Shown here one piece after another: positions 9,398-18,452 of a DNA stretch of 64,000 bases; the stretch's first letter is position 1, and every line of letters starts with the position of its first letter. This DNA comes from Chloroflexota bacterium. GTDB lineage: Bacteria > Chloroflexota > Dehalococcoidia > Bin125. The position numbers and the translations under genes are program-made. The stretch spans positions 74,446 through 138,445 of the forward strand of contig JAPPBN010000026.1 in assembly GCA_026705025.1 (NCBI GenBank). The letters are read 5' to 3'. Under the pieces are notes generated by a model. It was given only the letters and a program-made list of their open reading frames with translations. It had not been told where the DNA came from and made no database searches.

Positions 9398-9930
9398 CCG
9401 CCTCCCTGTGGAGGCCCCCCATCCGGAGAGTTCAGGGTTGGTCGTGATTCGGCCGGGAGGGCGATGGCGGTGAGGGCTGTTTCTCCGTCTGCTTCGAGGA
9501 CGACGGTGACTGCGGCTCCGGAGCCGATGGTCATGGGGTCGACGCGTTGGAGGCGGAGGAGGAAGCTGGTTTCATCGGTGAGCCGGATTTCGGCCCGGCC
9601 GGTCGGGGTCTGGATGATGAGCTTGTCTCCGGAGATCGAGATGACGCGGCCGGTGAGGACCTGACGACCCTGGAGGCCCTCGGCGTTGCCGAAGGGGCTG
9701 AGACCGCTGGCTCCGAGGATGAGCCCTTCGTTCGGGTGGGCCGCCTCGTCGATATTGATTTGCAGCCGTCCGGCGACGACGTTTTCGGCGACGACGATCT
9801 CTTCGGCTGTGGGCTGGGTGGCGACGACGTCGGAGCCGATGAACCATCCGCCGACCCCTGCCGCGGCGAGCGCCCCCAGCGTGACCAACCAACCGGCCCA
9901 TCCTGCCCAACCCAATTGGAGCATCTTCAT
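9394..9930 (-). CDS. secreted/membrane-anchored hypothetical protein (DUF5666-like beta-rich repeats)
   Basis: 178 aa; N-terminal TM anchor; paralogous to the next gene. Confidence 0.45.
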   Translation of the reverse strand: MKMLQLGWAGWAGWLVTLGALAAAGVGGWFIGSDVVATQPTAEEIVVAENVVAGRLQINIDEAAHPNEGLILGASGLSPFGNAEGLQGRQVLTGRVISISGDKLIIQTPTGRAEIRLTDETSFLLRLQRVDPMTIGSGAAVTVVLEADGETALTAIALPAESRPTLNSPDGGPPQGGG

Positions 9931-10380
9931 CGGTCGGCGTCCGCTCGAATGGCGTCGGCGACAGCCTCGCCGAGTTGGGCCTGGGACTCGGGGATGATCA
10001 CGATGCCGGTGGTGATGAAGGTGTTGACGTTGTCGTCGGTGCCGCCGACAACGACGTAGTCACCGGGTTGGACGTCGTCGGTCCAGATGGGGAGCATGGC
10101 TTCGACGATCGAGTCGTCGCTGAAATGGATGGTTCGGAGGGCGTCGCCGACGCGGATGACCCAGCCGCCGTCGGCGCGCTCGGTGACGAACCCGCTGAGG
10201 TCTCCGGCGGGGGCGCCGTCGCTGCCGATCCGGCGTTGCTGATCGACCTCGTAGACCTGCACGACATCCTGCTGCTCGGGCGCGCCCCACTGGAATCCGG
10301 CGCCGAGGGCGGCGGCGAAGACGATCCCGGCGAGCGGGATGATCAGGAGACGTGAGGCGTAGCCGTTGAGTCGTTCGCGC
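9927..10380 (-). CDS. secreted/membrane-anchored hypothetical protein, paralog of 9394..9930
   Basis: ORF extends to 10931 but its upstream part reads through repeat C1; a TTG at 10380 gives (M)RERLNGYASRLLIIPLAGIVF signal anchor. Start uncertain. Confidence 0.4.
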
Positions 10381-10445
10381 AACGAGCTTGAGTTTCTGCT
10401 GCTGTTCTTGCGTCTACAGCGTGGGAGCTGATGTTGTGCTTTCGG

Positions 10446-10545
10446 ACCCCCCTCTGCCTTCGGCATCTCCCCCCGCTCCGCGGGGGGAGAAGGGGAATGC
10501 GAGGGTCTTGAACGCGGAGAGGGCGGACCGGAGTCCGCCCTCTCT
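10446..10545. repeat. palindromic intergenic repeat, family C (ccctctgccttcggcatctccccccgc-N4-gcggggggaga) plus second hairpin
   Basis: 10-bp GC stem; copies at 13263..13315, 23766..23845, 56534..56580 (inverted). Confidence 0.7.
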
Positions 10546-10567
10546 GGTTGGTTCGCGGACTTCTCCG

Positions 10568-12682
10568 TTAGACGGAGAGCGCGTCGGCGACGTCGCTGAG
10601 TCCGATTGACTCGAGCTTTTCGCGGCTGGGGAGACAGGTCTCGGTGTCCCAGTCGCAGGCGTTGAGGAAATCGGTCTCGAGGGTTTCGATGTCGAGGATG
10701 ACATCGGCCAAGGGTCCGGTCTTCTGGACGGTGCCCTCGCCGCCCCAGAGGCGCGGCGGCGCGAAGCGCTCGCGCGGGTTGTCGCCCTCGCGGACGGTGA
10801 AGGCCATGCGCAGGTTGGAGATGCGCTCGCCGGCGAGCTGCAGGTCTTCGCCGCTGAGGTCCCAGCCGGTGACGGCGTTGATCCACTGCGGGAAGCGGTC
10901 GGTCGGAGCGGCCATCATGATGAACTGGCACATGCCGGTCGAGTTCGTGATGTGCATGTACTCCGAGGCGCCCTTGTGGTGCTCGCCGCGGTTGTTGTAG
11001 TCCTTGAAATCGCGAGGCGCTGCCGGGTACTCCGGACCGCCGAAGCGCGAGTTGCCCTCGTACTGCGTGTGACGGGCCGGGGTTGGGTCGAGCTTGTAGG
11101 TCGTCCAGTACTCGGGCTGGAGCTTCGAGTCGTGCATCGGCAGTTCCTGGCCGCCGACGTCGGTGCGGAACTCCTGGGCGCGGTTGTCGCCGTTCTGCTC
11201 GTCGATCTTGGCAGCCGCGACCTGCATGCCGTCGGCGAGCAGGTCACCGAAGCCTTCGCGCTTGCCGATCAGGTGGAGCATCTCCATGATGCCGTCGTCG
11301 TTGCTCCAGGTGAGCTCGACGCCGCCGGTGTCCTCGAGGTCGATCAGACCGTTCTCGAAGCACTCGATGGCGAAGGAGATCGTGGTGCCGGCGCCGATGG
11401 TGTCGAGGCCGTACTCGTTGCACCAGTGGTTGGCGGCCTGCAGCATGTCGATGTTGCAGGTCAGGTTCATGGTGCCGAAGGAGGCGACGGTCTCGTACTC
11501 GGCGCGGTGGGTGTCGACCGGGTACTTGAAGACGCCCTTCTCGTGCTCGGCCTCGGCGAAGCCCGGCGCGACCGTGCCGTGGGGCGATTCGATCGACTCG
11601 GCGCCACAGGCCATCGGGCAGCGCCAGCAGCCGTAGCTCTTGTGGCGGACGGCCTTGCCGTTGACGTCGACCGCGCGCGGCGCTGGTGTGTGGTCGGGGT
11701 CGATCGGCGGCATGCCGGTCGCGGGGTCGATTTCGAGTTCGGCGTGGGTCATGCGTGTGGCGTTGAACATCATGCCAGACATCTCGTCGACCTCAGGGAG
11801 GACGTCGATTCCAACACCGCCCCAGTTGCGGACCGGGGAGTCGCCATTGTGGGCAGAGCCGGTGCTGATGCCGGTGGTGCCGAAGCCGGCGAAGAAGTCG
11901 CGCAGGGGCGCGATGAACTCGTTGCGGGACTGGCGGGCGAGTTCGCGGACGCCAGTGTCGCGGCCGAGCATGTTCTCGCGCGGGGTACCGCCGGCGCGAA
12001 CGACGACGGCCTTGACCTTCTTGGAGCCCATGACGGCGCCGACGCCGGAGCGGGCGGCGAGCCGGCCGTGCTCGTTGCAGATGCCGGCGAGGTAGGAGAG
12101 CTGCTCACCGGAGGGGCCGATGCAGGCGACCGAGGTCTTCTTGCCGTACTTCTCTTTGAAGGCGTTCTCGACCTCGATTGCGCCCTGGCCCCAGTATTCC
12201 GTGGCGTCCTCAATCGAGACGTCGTCGCCGTCGATGAGGATGTAGACGGGGTTGTCGGCCTGACCGTAGAAGAGGATGCCGTCCCAGCCGGCGAACTTCA
12301 GGTAGGGGCCAAAGTCGCCGCCGCAGTTGGCGTCGCCCCAGCCGCCGGTCGAGGGCGACTTGCAGACAGCCTGGAAGCGGTTACCGAAGATCGGCGTACC
12401 TGTCAGCAGGCCGGGCATGAGGCCGAGGACGTTGTCGGGGCCGAGCGGGTCGGCGCCAGCGGGGATGCGGTCGAAGAGCAGGCGCGCGCCGATGCCGTAA
12501 CCACCGAGGTAGTCCTTGTACATCTGCTCGGGAATGTCTTCGCGGTCGACGCTGCCGTCGTTCAGGCGGACGTTGATGATTTTGCCGTTGTAGGCGACTT
12601 CATCGGGGCTCCATTCGCGATCGGCGAAGGGGTCAGCGGTTTCCGCTGCGTCGCCGTTTTCCGCGCCAGGAACGTTAGCCAT
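10568..12682 (-). CDS. aldehyde:ferredoxin oxidoreductase (tungsten-containing AOR family)
   Basis: 704 aa from ATG 12682 (AAGGAGA SD 6 nt upstream; longest ORF to 12727). AOR N-terminal domain plus Cys motifs for the 4Fe-4S/tungstopterin site. Confidence 0.85.
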   Translation of the reverse strand: MANVPGAENGDAAETADPFADREWSPDEVAYNGKIINVRLNDGSVDREDIPEQMYKDYLGGYGIGARLLFDRIPAGADPLGPDNVLGLMPGLLTGTPIFGNRFQAVCKSPSTGGWGDANCGGDFGPYLKFAGWDGILFYGQADNPVYILIDGDDVSIEDATEYWGQGAIEVENAFKEKYGKKTSVACIGPSGEQLSYLAGICNEHGRLAARSGVGAVMGSKKVKAVVVRAGGTPRENMLGRDTGVRELARQSRNEFIAPLRDFFAGFGTTGISTGSAHNGDSPVRNWGGVGIDVLPEVDEMSGMMFNATRMTHAELEIDPATGMPPIDPDHTPAPRAVDVNGKAVRHKSYGCWRCPMACGAESIESPHGTVAPGFAEAEHEKGVFKYPVDTHRAEYETVASFGTMNLTCNIDMLQAANHWCNEYGLDTIGAGTTISFAIECFENGLIDLEDTGGVELTWSNDDGIMEMLHLIGKREGFGDLLADGMQVAAAKIDEQNGDNRAQEFRTDVGGQELPMHDSKLQPEYWTTYKLDPTPARHTQYEGNSRFGGPEYPAAPRDFKDYNNRGEHHKGASEYMHITNSTGMCQFIMMAAPTDRFPQWINAVTGWDLSGEDLQLAGERISNLRMAFTVREGDNPRERFAPPRLWGGEGTVQKTGPLADVILDIETLETDFLNACDWDTETCLPSREKLESIGLSDVADALSV

Positions 12683-12884
12683 GGGTTGTCTCCTTCTTGA
12701 TGCGTGCTCACTAAGCGCACGAGCCAATCCGGTTCGTGCGAAACCGTTGACAGGGTAGCGAATCCTCTGGTTGCGCGCTATGCGGGCGAGGTTCGCACCC
12801 GATTTCGGATGGGGTGGAGAATGGTCAAGCTGACTGGCGCACGAGGTCCCAGGACGAGTTGCGATCTGATCGTTGGCGTCGGGC

Positions 12885-12938
12885 GGGCCCTCACCCTAAC
12901 CCTCTCCCAGAGGGAGAGGGGATCAGAGAGGGGGTGGC
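12885..12938. repeat. palindromic intergenic repeat, family B (gccctcacccYaaccctctccc-N-agggagaggg)
   Basis: copies at 14001..14118 and 26005..26048; yields spurious ORFs encoding PHPNPLPEGEG. Confidence 0.7.
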
Positions 12939-12945
12939 CGGGGGT

Positions 12946-13869
12946 TTAGGAGGTGTTCGCGGTTGTTTGGGCGAGGAGGGCGTCTCTTTTTTCTACGAGG
13001 CGCAGGGCTTCTTGGCGTTGGGGGTGCCAGGGGTTGTGCTGGGGGTAGTCGTTGAGCCAGTCTCGGTGGCGGAGGGCGTCCTGGAGCTGTCGTTCGACTT
13101 CGTTGAGGGCCTGTTGGAGTTCGGGTGGGGCTGATTTTTCGTCGGAATTGGCTGAAGTGGCGTCCTGGGCTGGGTTTGGGGTGGATTCCTGTTCGGTCTT
13201 GTTCGGTACTGTTCGGGTGGGATCGCTTGTTTGGGGTATGGAACTGGTCGCGGGTTGCGGGGAGCCCCCCTCTGCCTGCGGCATCTCCCCCCGCGGAGCG
13301 GGGGGAGAAAAGGGATCGCGGGCGTTGGTTTGCTTTTCAGGATTGGCTTGCGGAGGTTGTCCTGTCTGATCCTGTCTTGGTTCGGGGATGAAGGCGAGCG
13401 GTTGGTCGGGGTCGGGGTCTTCGGGGGCGGGTGTGGGTTGTTGCATCTGTTGGGTTTCTTCGGGGGTGGGCGGGTGCAGGCGGTCGGCTTTGGGATAGCG
13501 GGCGCCGTAGCGGTCGACGGCGACTCCGCCCTGGAGGAGCTCGGCGGAGCGGTCTGATTCGTCGCGGCGGATCTGGGGGAGAGCGGAGAGCAGCAGGCGC
13601 AGTTCGTGCAGGTCGGCGCGGCGCTGGTCGTGGAGGGGGTCGTCGGGGTCGCTGAAGTGGATCAGGTGGTCGACGATCTGGTCGGCGGCGAGTTCCTGGA
13701 TCAGGTCTGAGCGGAAGAGTTCGTAGTCCCTGAGATAGGCGTGGACGGTGGAGACGGAACAGTGCATGCGCTGGGCGATCTGGCGCATGGTGAGTCCCTG
13801 CATGCGGAGCTGCTGGGCCTCGAGGATGCGGGCGCGCCGGGCGGGGTTGGGGTATTGGGGGAAGGACAT
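12946..13869 (-). CDS. HTH-domain protein (sigma-70 region-4-like / transposase-type HTH) with low-complexity C-terminus
   Basis: N-terminal ~130 aa (ILEAQQLRMQGLTMRQIAQRMHCSVSTVHAYL) looks like a real HTH. The C-terminal P/Q/E-rich part reads through repeat C2; true 3' end uncertain. Confidence 0.5.
   Translation of the reverse strand: MSFPQYPNPARRARILEAQQLRMQGLTMRQIAQRMHCSVSTVHAYLRDYELFRSDLIQELAADQIVDHLIHFSDPDDPLHDQRRADLHELRLLLSALPQIRRDESDRSAELLQGGVAVDRYGARYPKADRLHPPTPEETQQMQQPTPAPEDPDPDQPLAFIPEPRQDQTGQPPQANPEKQTNARDPFSPPAPRGEMPQAEGGSPQPATSSIPQTSDPTRTVPNKTEQESTPNPAQDATSANSDEKSAPPELQQALNEVERQLQDALRHRDWLNDYPQHNPWHPQRQEALRLVEKRDALLAQTTANTS
13263..13315. repeat. palindromic repeat, family C
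   Basis: ccctctgcctgcggcatctccccccgcggagcggggggagaaa. Confidence 0.7.
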
Positions 13870-14000
13870 GTTCGGCTGCTCCTTGGTTGAAGGTTGGACG
13901 GTTTCTTACATCGTATGTATGTTCTGATGGATTGGCGTTGATGGGGTTGTGTTGCTGTTGACGTTGGGGAGAAGCGCGGGGCGTCGGGTTGGGATACCGC

Positions 14001-14118
14001 GGGGCCCTCACCCCAACCCTCTCCCTCAGGGAGAGGGGGCCGGAAGGGGGATCGCGGGCTGGGCCCCGCATCGAGTGCGGGGCATCGGAAGGGAGAGCGC
14101 GCGGGGCATCGGAGGGGG
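14001..14118. repeat. palindromic repeat, family B plus ccccgcatcgagtgcgggg hairpin
   Basis: ggccctcaccccaaccctctccctcagggagaggggg; the downstream hairpin also occurs at 23795..23815. Confidence 0.7.
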
Positions 14119-14269
14119 GGAGGGGTGGGAGGGGTGTGCGTAGTGGGTGACGGATGTAGGGGTGGGTGGGGAGATGTTTCGCGTAGCGCGAAGGGTTTCT
14201 GGGTCGTAGCCTGTCTGAGGTTGGAGTGAGGGTGCGGTTGCTCGCGACACGCTCGGCAGTTAACGACGT

Positions 14270-15664
14270 ATGAGACAGCTCCGGCAGACGTTTGCGGCCT
14301 TTGTGGTGCGCGATTTCCGTTACATGTGGGGCGGTTCGCTGCTGTCGGTGACGGCGTTCATGACGTCGTTTTCATTGATTCCGTCGGTCGCGTATGAGCT
14401 GACGGGGAGCTACACGGCGGCCGGGATCGCGATGCTGGGGTCGGGGATCTCACAGACGCTGCTGGGGCCGATCGGCGGGGTGATTGCGGACCGATATCGG
14501 AAGAAACCGTTGGTGGTGGCGGGGCAAGCGATGCCGGGCATTCTGCTCGGCGCGCTGGGCACGCTGATTGTGACGGATCACATTAGTGTGCCGCTGCTGG
14601 TCGTGGCGACGCTGGTGATGGGCGCGGGATTCGCGTTGATGGGTCCGGCGCGTCAGGCCTGGACGGGGTTCATCGTGCCTCGGCGGTTGCTGCCCAATGC
14701 AGTGGCGCTGCAACAGATGTCGATGAATACCGGGCAGGTGCTGGGGCCGACGCTGATCGCGGTGTTCGCGGCCTTCATGGCGCTGGAGGGACGCAACACG
14801 GGAATTCTGTTCCTGGTCGTGGCGTCGTTCTTCGCGTTCGTATTGCCAATGACGGCGTCGATCCGAACCGAGGGACCTGCCACCCCTGTTGATCAGCGCC
14901 GGTCGATGCGAGTCGAACTGCTCGAAGGGTTCCGGTATCTGCGCGGCAATCCACGGCTGCGACACCTGTGGTTCTACTTCTCGCTGATGGTCGCCTGCGG
15001 TTGGGGCTTTCAGACGTTGCTGCCCGGCATCCTGGCGCAGGAGTTCGGGCGGGCGCCAACGGATGTCGGCGCGACCTACATGATTTTCGGGGTTTCCTCG
15101 CTCGTGATTAACATCGTGCTGGCGGGGGCCGTCTCAGGGCGCTGGGCCTGGCCGCTGCTGATGATCATGGGCCTGGTCATGGCCGTGGGCTTCTGGCTGG
15201 TGGCGATTGCGCCGAGCTACGGCGCGTTCCTGATTCTGGGGGCATTCATCGGCACCGGCCGGTCGGGGACGATGCTGGTCAACCAGTCGCTGATGATGGG
15301 CAACACCAAGCCGGCCTATTTCGGCCGGGTGATGTCGTTTGCGATGATGGCCTTTGGATTCCAGGCGCTGTTCGGCCCGGTCTGGGGCGGGATCGCCGAC
15401 GTGGTCGGCGGTCCTCAGACGATGGCTCTGATCGGTGTGATTGCAGCCGGAGCGACGGCGTTCATGTTTGTCGGCTGGCTGCGGACGCGAAACCTGCCGC
15501 TTGAAGCCGGGACGGCCGCCGCCAGCATGGGGCGGCGGATAGGTACGGCGGTGCAGCGTCCAGCACCTGCGTCGGAGTCTGCCAACGGTGTCGAGGGGCA
15601 ACCGGCGTTCGCCGCGCAGCTTGCGCCAGTCGCGCTGATGGATCCACAGAAGGTTCGGCAATGA
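14270..15664 (+). CDS. MFS transporter, MFS_3/EntS-like family, array unit 1
   Basis: 464 aa, ~12 TM; conserved C-terminal tail PAFAAQLAPVALM..QK; stop overlaps next start (ATGA). Confidence 0.85.
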   Translation: MRQLRQTFAAFVVRDFRYMWGGSLLSVTAFMTSFSLIPSVAYELTGSYTAAGIAMLGSGISQTLLGPIGGVIADRYRKKPLVVAGQAMPGILLGALGTLIVTDHISVPLLVVATLVMGAGFALMGPARQAWTGFIVPRRLLPNAVALQQMSMNTGQVLGPTLIAVFAAFMALEGRNTGILFLVVASFFAFVLPMTASIRTEGPATPVDQRRSMRVELLEGFRYLRGNPRLRHLWFYFSLMVACGWGFQTLLPGILAQEFGRAPTDVGATYMIFGVSSLVINIVLAGAVSGRWAWPLLMIMGLVMAVGFWLVAIAPSYGAFLILGAFIGTGRSGTMLVNQSLMMGNTKPAYFGRVMSFAMMAFGFQALFGPVWGGIADVVGGPQTMALIGVIAAGATAFMFVGWLRTRNLPLEAGTAAASMGRRIGTAVQRPAPASESANGVEGQPAFAAQLAPVALMDPQKVRQ

Positions 15665-17079
15665 ACCGACCGTCCGGCCGCTTCGGCGGCGCATTCGAGT
15701 CCTTTGGGCACCGCAACTACCGCCTGCTGTGGGGCGGCTCGCTGCTCTCGACGACGGCGTTCATGACGACGTTCCTGCTGGTGCCGATCGTCGGCTATGA
15801 GATCACGGGGTCGTATGCGCTGTCGACGCTGGCGCAGATGGGCAGCGGCCTGTCGATGTTCTTCCTGGGACCGCTGGGCGGAGTGATCGCGGATCGGTAT
15901 CCGAAGAAGCCGCTGGTGCTGGCGGGTCAGATTTTTCCGGCGCTGCTGATCGTGGGCACGGGGATCATGATCGTGACCGGGATCATCACGATTCCGTTGC
16001 TGTTCCTGGCGACGCTGATGATGGGCTTCGGGTTTGCGCTGATGGGTCCGGCGCGTCAGGCATGGCTGGGCGAGCTAATCCCGCGTCGGCTGCTGGGCAA
16101 CGGCGTGGCGCTGCAGCAGATGTCGCAGAACATGGCGCGCGTGCTCGGCCCGATGCTGGGGTCGATCGCGGTGTTCTTCGGCGTGTCGTCGGGGGCGCTG
16201 TACCTGTCGGTGGCGGGGCTGTTCCTGATCGTCGTGCCGCTAACGACGATGTTGCCGCGCACGAGGCCGCCGCACCAGGAGGGCGATCAGCCGCGGCGGA
16301 CGGCGATGGGCGACCTGATCCACGGGTTTGCTTACCTGCGCTCGAACCGGCGTCTGCGGCTGCTGTGGCTGTACTGGATGGTGATTGTCGTTTGCGGGTT
16401 CTCGGTGAACGCGCTGACGCCGGGGATTATGGATCGGGAGTTTGGGCGGTCGGCGCAGGAGGCGTTCATCGTCTTCCTGCCGTTCGGGATTTCGTCGGTG
16501 TTGATCAGCATTCCGCTGGCAGGGCTTATGAGCGGTCGGTTTGCGTGGCCGTTGCTGCTGATCTTCGGGCTGGCCTCGTCGGTGACGTTGTGGGCGTTTG
16601 CGATCGCGCCGACGTTCGAGACGTTGATCCTGCTGGCTCTGCCGGTGGGGGCGGCGACATCGGGTGTGATGTTGATCAACATGTCGCTGATGATGACGAA
16701 TTCGCGGGCCGAGTACTTCGGTCGGGTGATGTCGTTCATCATGCTGGGCTACGGGATGCAGTCGGTGATGGCGCCGGTGTGGGGCGGGTTGGCGGAATGG
16801 CTGGGCGGCCGTGAGGCGCTGATCGCCGTGGGTGTGGTGGCGTTGTTTGCGACGGTGTTGATGACGTTCGGCTGGTTGCGAACTCGTCATTTGCCGCTTG
16901 AACTGGGGACAGCGGCTGCGGACGAGGAGCCGGAACGCGCCAGAGCGTCGAGTCCGCGTGTGACCCGGCAGCCGGTGCCGGCGTTCGCGTCTCAGGTTGC
17001 GCCGGTTGTGTTGATGGGCGCGCAGAAGCCTCCAGGCGGGAGCGGCGAATTGCCTCGTCTCGCGGCGGGCGGCGATTGA
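15661..17079 (+). CDS. MFS transporter, MFS_3/EntS-like family, array unit 2
   Basis: 472 aa; ~70% identical to unit 3 over the N-terminal half; tail PAFASQVAPVVLMGAQK. Confidence 0.85.
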   Translation: MNRPSGRFGGAFESFGHRNYRLLWGGSLLSTTAFMTTFLLVPIVGYEITGSYALSTLAQMGSGLSMFFLGPLGGVIADRYPKKPLVLAGQIFPALLIVGTGIMIVTGIITIPLLFLATLMMGFGFALMGPARQAWLGELIPRRLLGNGVALQQMSQNMARVLGPMLGSIAVFFGVSSGALYLSVAGLFLIVVPLTTMLPRTRPPHQEGDQPRRTAMGDLIHGFAYLRSNRRLRLLWLYWMVIVVCGFSVNALTPGIMDREFGRSAQEAFIVFLPFGISSVLISIPLAGLMSGRFAWPLLLIFGLASSVTLWAFAIAPTFETLILLALPVGAATSGVMLINMSLMMTNSRAEYFGRVMSFIMLGYGMQSVMAPVWGGLAEWLGGREALIAVGVVALFATVLMTFGWLRTRHLPLELGTAAADEEPERARASSPRVTRQPVPAFASQVAPVVLMGAQKPPGGSGELPRLAAGGD

Positions 17080-18443
17080 TGCGTCGGAGCTTCGCGGCGT
17101 TCGGGGCTGGTAACTATCGGTTGTTGTGGGGCGGCACGCTGTTTTCGACGATGGCCTTCATGACCAGCTTTCTGCTGGTACCGATCGTGGCGTATGAGAT
17201 CACCGAGTCGTACGCGGCCTCGGGGTTTGCTCAGATGGGCAGCGGCGTCTCGATGCTGTTACTGGGTCCGATTGGCGGCGTGATCGCCGACCGTTACTCG
17301 AAGAAGCCGTTGGTGATGATCGGCCAGATCGTTCCGGCGCTGCTGATCGTGGGCACCGGCGTGTTGGTCGTGACCGGTCTGATCACGATCTGGATGCTGT
17401 TCGTCTCCAGCCTGCTGATGGGGGTGGGTTTTGCGCTGATGGGTCCGGCGCGGCAGGCATGGATGGGCGAGCTGATTCCACGGTCGCTGATGGGCAGCGG
17501 GGTCGGCCTGATGCAGGTGGCGCAGAACCTGGCGCTGGTGCTGGGGCCGATGCTGGGGTCGGTGTTGCTGATCGCGTTTGCGCTTGGCTCCGGACAGATC
17601 TACTTCCTGATTGCGGGGTTCTTCCTGGTCGCGCTGCCGTTGACCACCTGGTTGCCGAATGCGCCGGCGACGGCCGTGGCCGGGCGTCGATCGATTGCGC
17701 GCGAACTGGGGTCGGGGTTCAAGTACCTGATGGACAGTCCGCGGTTACGCATGCTGTGGGCCTTCTGGATGGTGATTACCGTCTGCCGGTTCTCGGCGCA
17801 GGTGCTGCTGCCGGGGTACATCGAGCGGAACTTCGGGGTTCCGGCGAGTGACATCTTCCTGCTGTATCTGGTTGTGGGCGTGGTTTCTCTGATCGCCAAT
17901 GTGCCGCTGGCGGGGATGGTGTCGGGACCGCGAGCCTGGCCGTTGTTGATCGGATTCGGGCTGCTGTTGTCGCTGGTCTTCGTGTTCGCCTCGCTGGCGC
18001 CGTCATTTTCCGCGATGATGCTGCTGGCGATTCTGGTCGGAATCTCGTCGAGCGGCGTTCTGCTGGTGAACCAGGCGCTGATCATGACCAACTCGCGGCC
18101 TGAGTTTTTCGGGCGGGTGATGTCGTTCGTGGTGCTCGGGTTCGCCGCGCAGTCGTTGCTTGGTCCGATCTGGGGGGTGAGCGCCGACGCGATCGGCGGG
18201 CGCGAGACGATGTTCGTGGTCGCGATGATCGTGCTCGGCGCAACCGTGACGCTGGGCGTTGGCTGGCGTCGCACGCGTCGCTTGCCGCTGGACGCGGGCA
18301 CTCCGGCCGCCCTTGCGGCTGCGGGGACCTCTCTGGGCTCGCGTCGATTGGCGCCGACTCCGGCGTTCGCCAGGCAGCTTGCGCCGGTCGTGCGGATGGG
18401 CAGGCAGAAACAACGGACGACGCCGCTTCCGGGCGGCGACTAG
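17076..18443 (+). CDS. MFS transporter, MFS_3/EntS-like family, array unit 3
   Basis: 455 aa; start overlaps the upstream stop; tail PAFARQLAPVVRMGRQK. Confidence 0.85.
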   Translation: MMRRSFAAFGAGNYRLLWGGTLFSTMAFMTSFLLVPIVAYEITESYAASGFAQMGSGVSMLLLGPIGGVIADRYSKKPLVMIGQIVPALLIVGTGVLVVTGLITIWMLFVSSLLMGVGFALMGPARQAWMGELIPRSLMGSGVGLMQVAQNLALVLGPMLGSVLLIAFALGSGQIYFLIAGFFLVALPLTTWLPNAPATAVAGRRSIARELGSGFKYLMDSPRLRMLWAFWMVITVCRFSAQVLLPGYIERNFGVPASDIFLLYLVVGVVSLIANVPLAGMVSGPRAWPLLIGFGLLLSLVFVFASLAPSFSAMMLLAILVGISSSGVLLVNQALIMTNSRPEFFGRVMSFVVLGFAAQSLLGPIWGVSADAIGGRETMFVVAMIVLGATVTLGVGWRRTRRLPLDAGTPAALAAAGTSLGSRRLAPTPAFARQLAPVVRMGRQKQRTTPLPGGD

Positions 18444-18452
18444 GCTCGAGCG

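Noticed and set aside
9927-10931. Full 334-aa extent of this ORF
   Set aside because: The upstream ~180 codons are Arg/Pro-rich and pass through repeat C1 (ERGEMPKAEGG). Only the downstream 151 codons, with a signal anchor, look real.
10952-12700. 582-aa plus-strand ORF
   Set aside because: Antisense shadow of the AOR gene; Ala/Gly/Val-rich.
12814-13134. 106-aa ORF containing GPHPNPLPEGEG (and similar at 13949..14143)
   Set aside because: Generated by translating the family-B palindromic repeat. The same peptide motif recurs wherever the repeat occurs, regardless of context.
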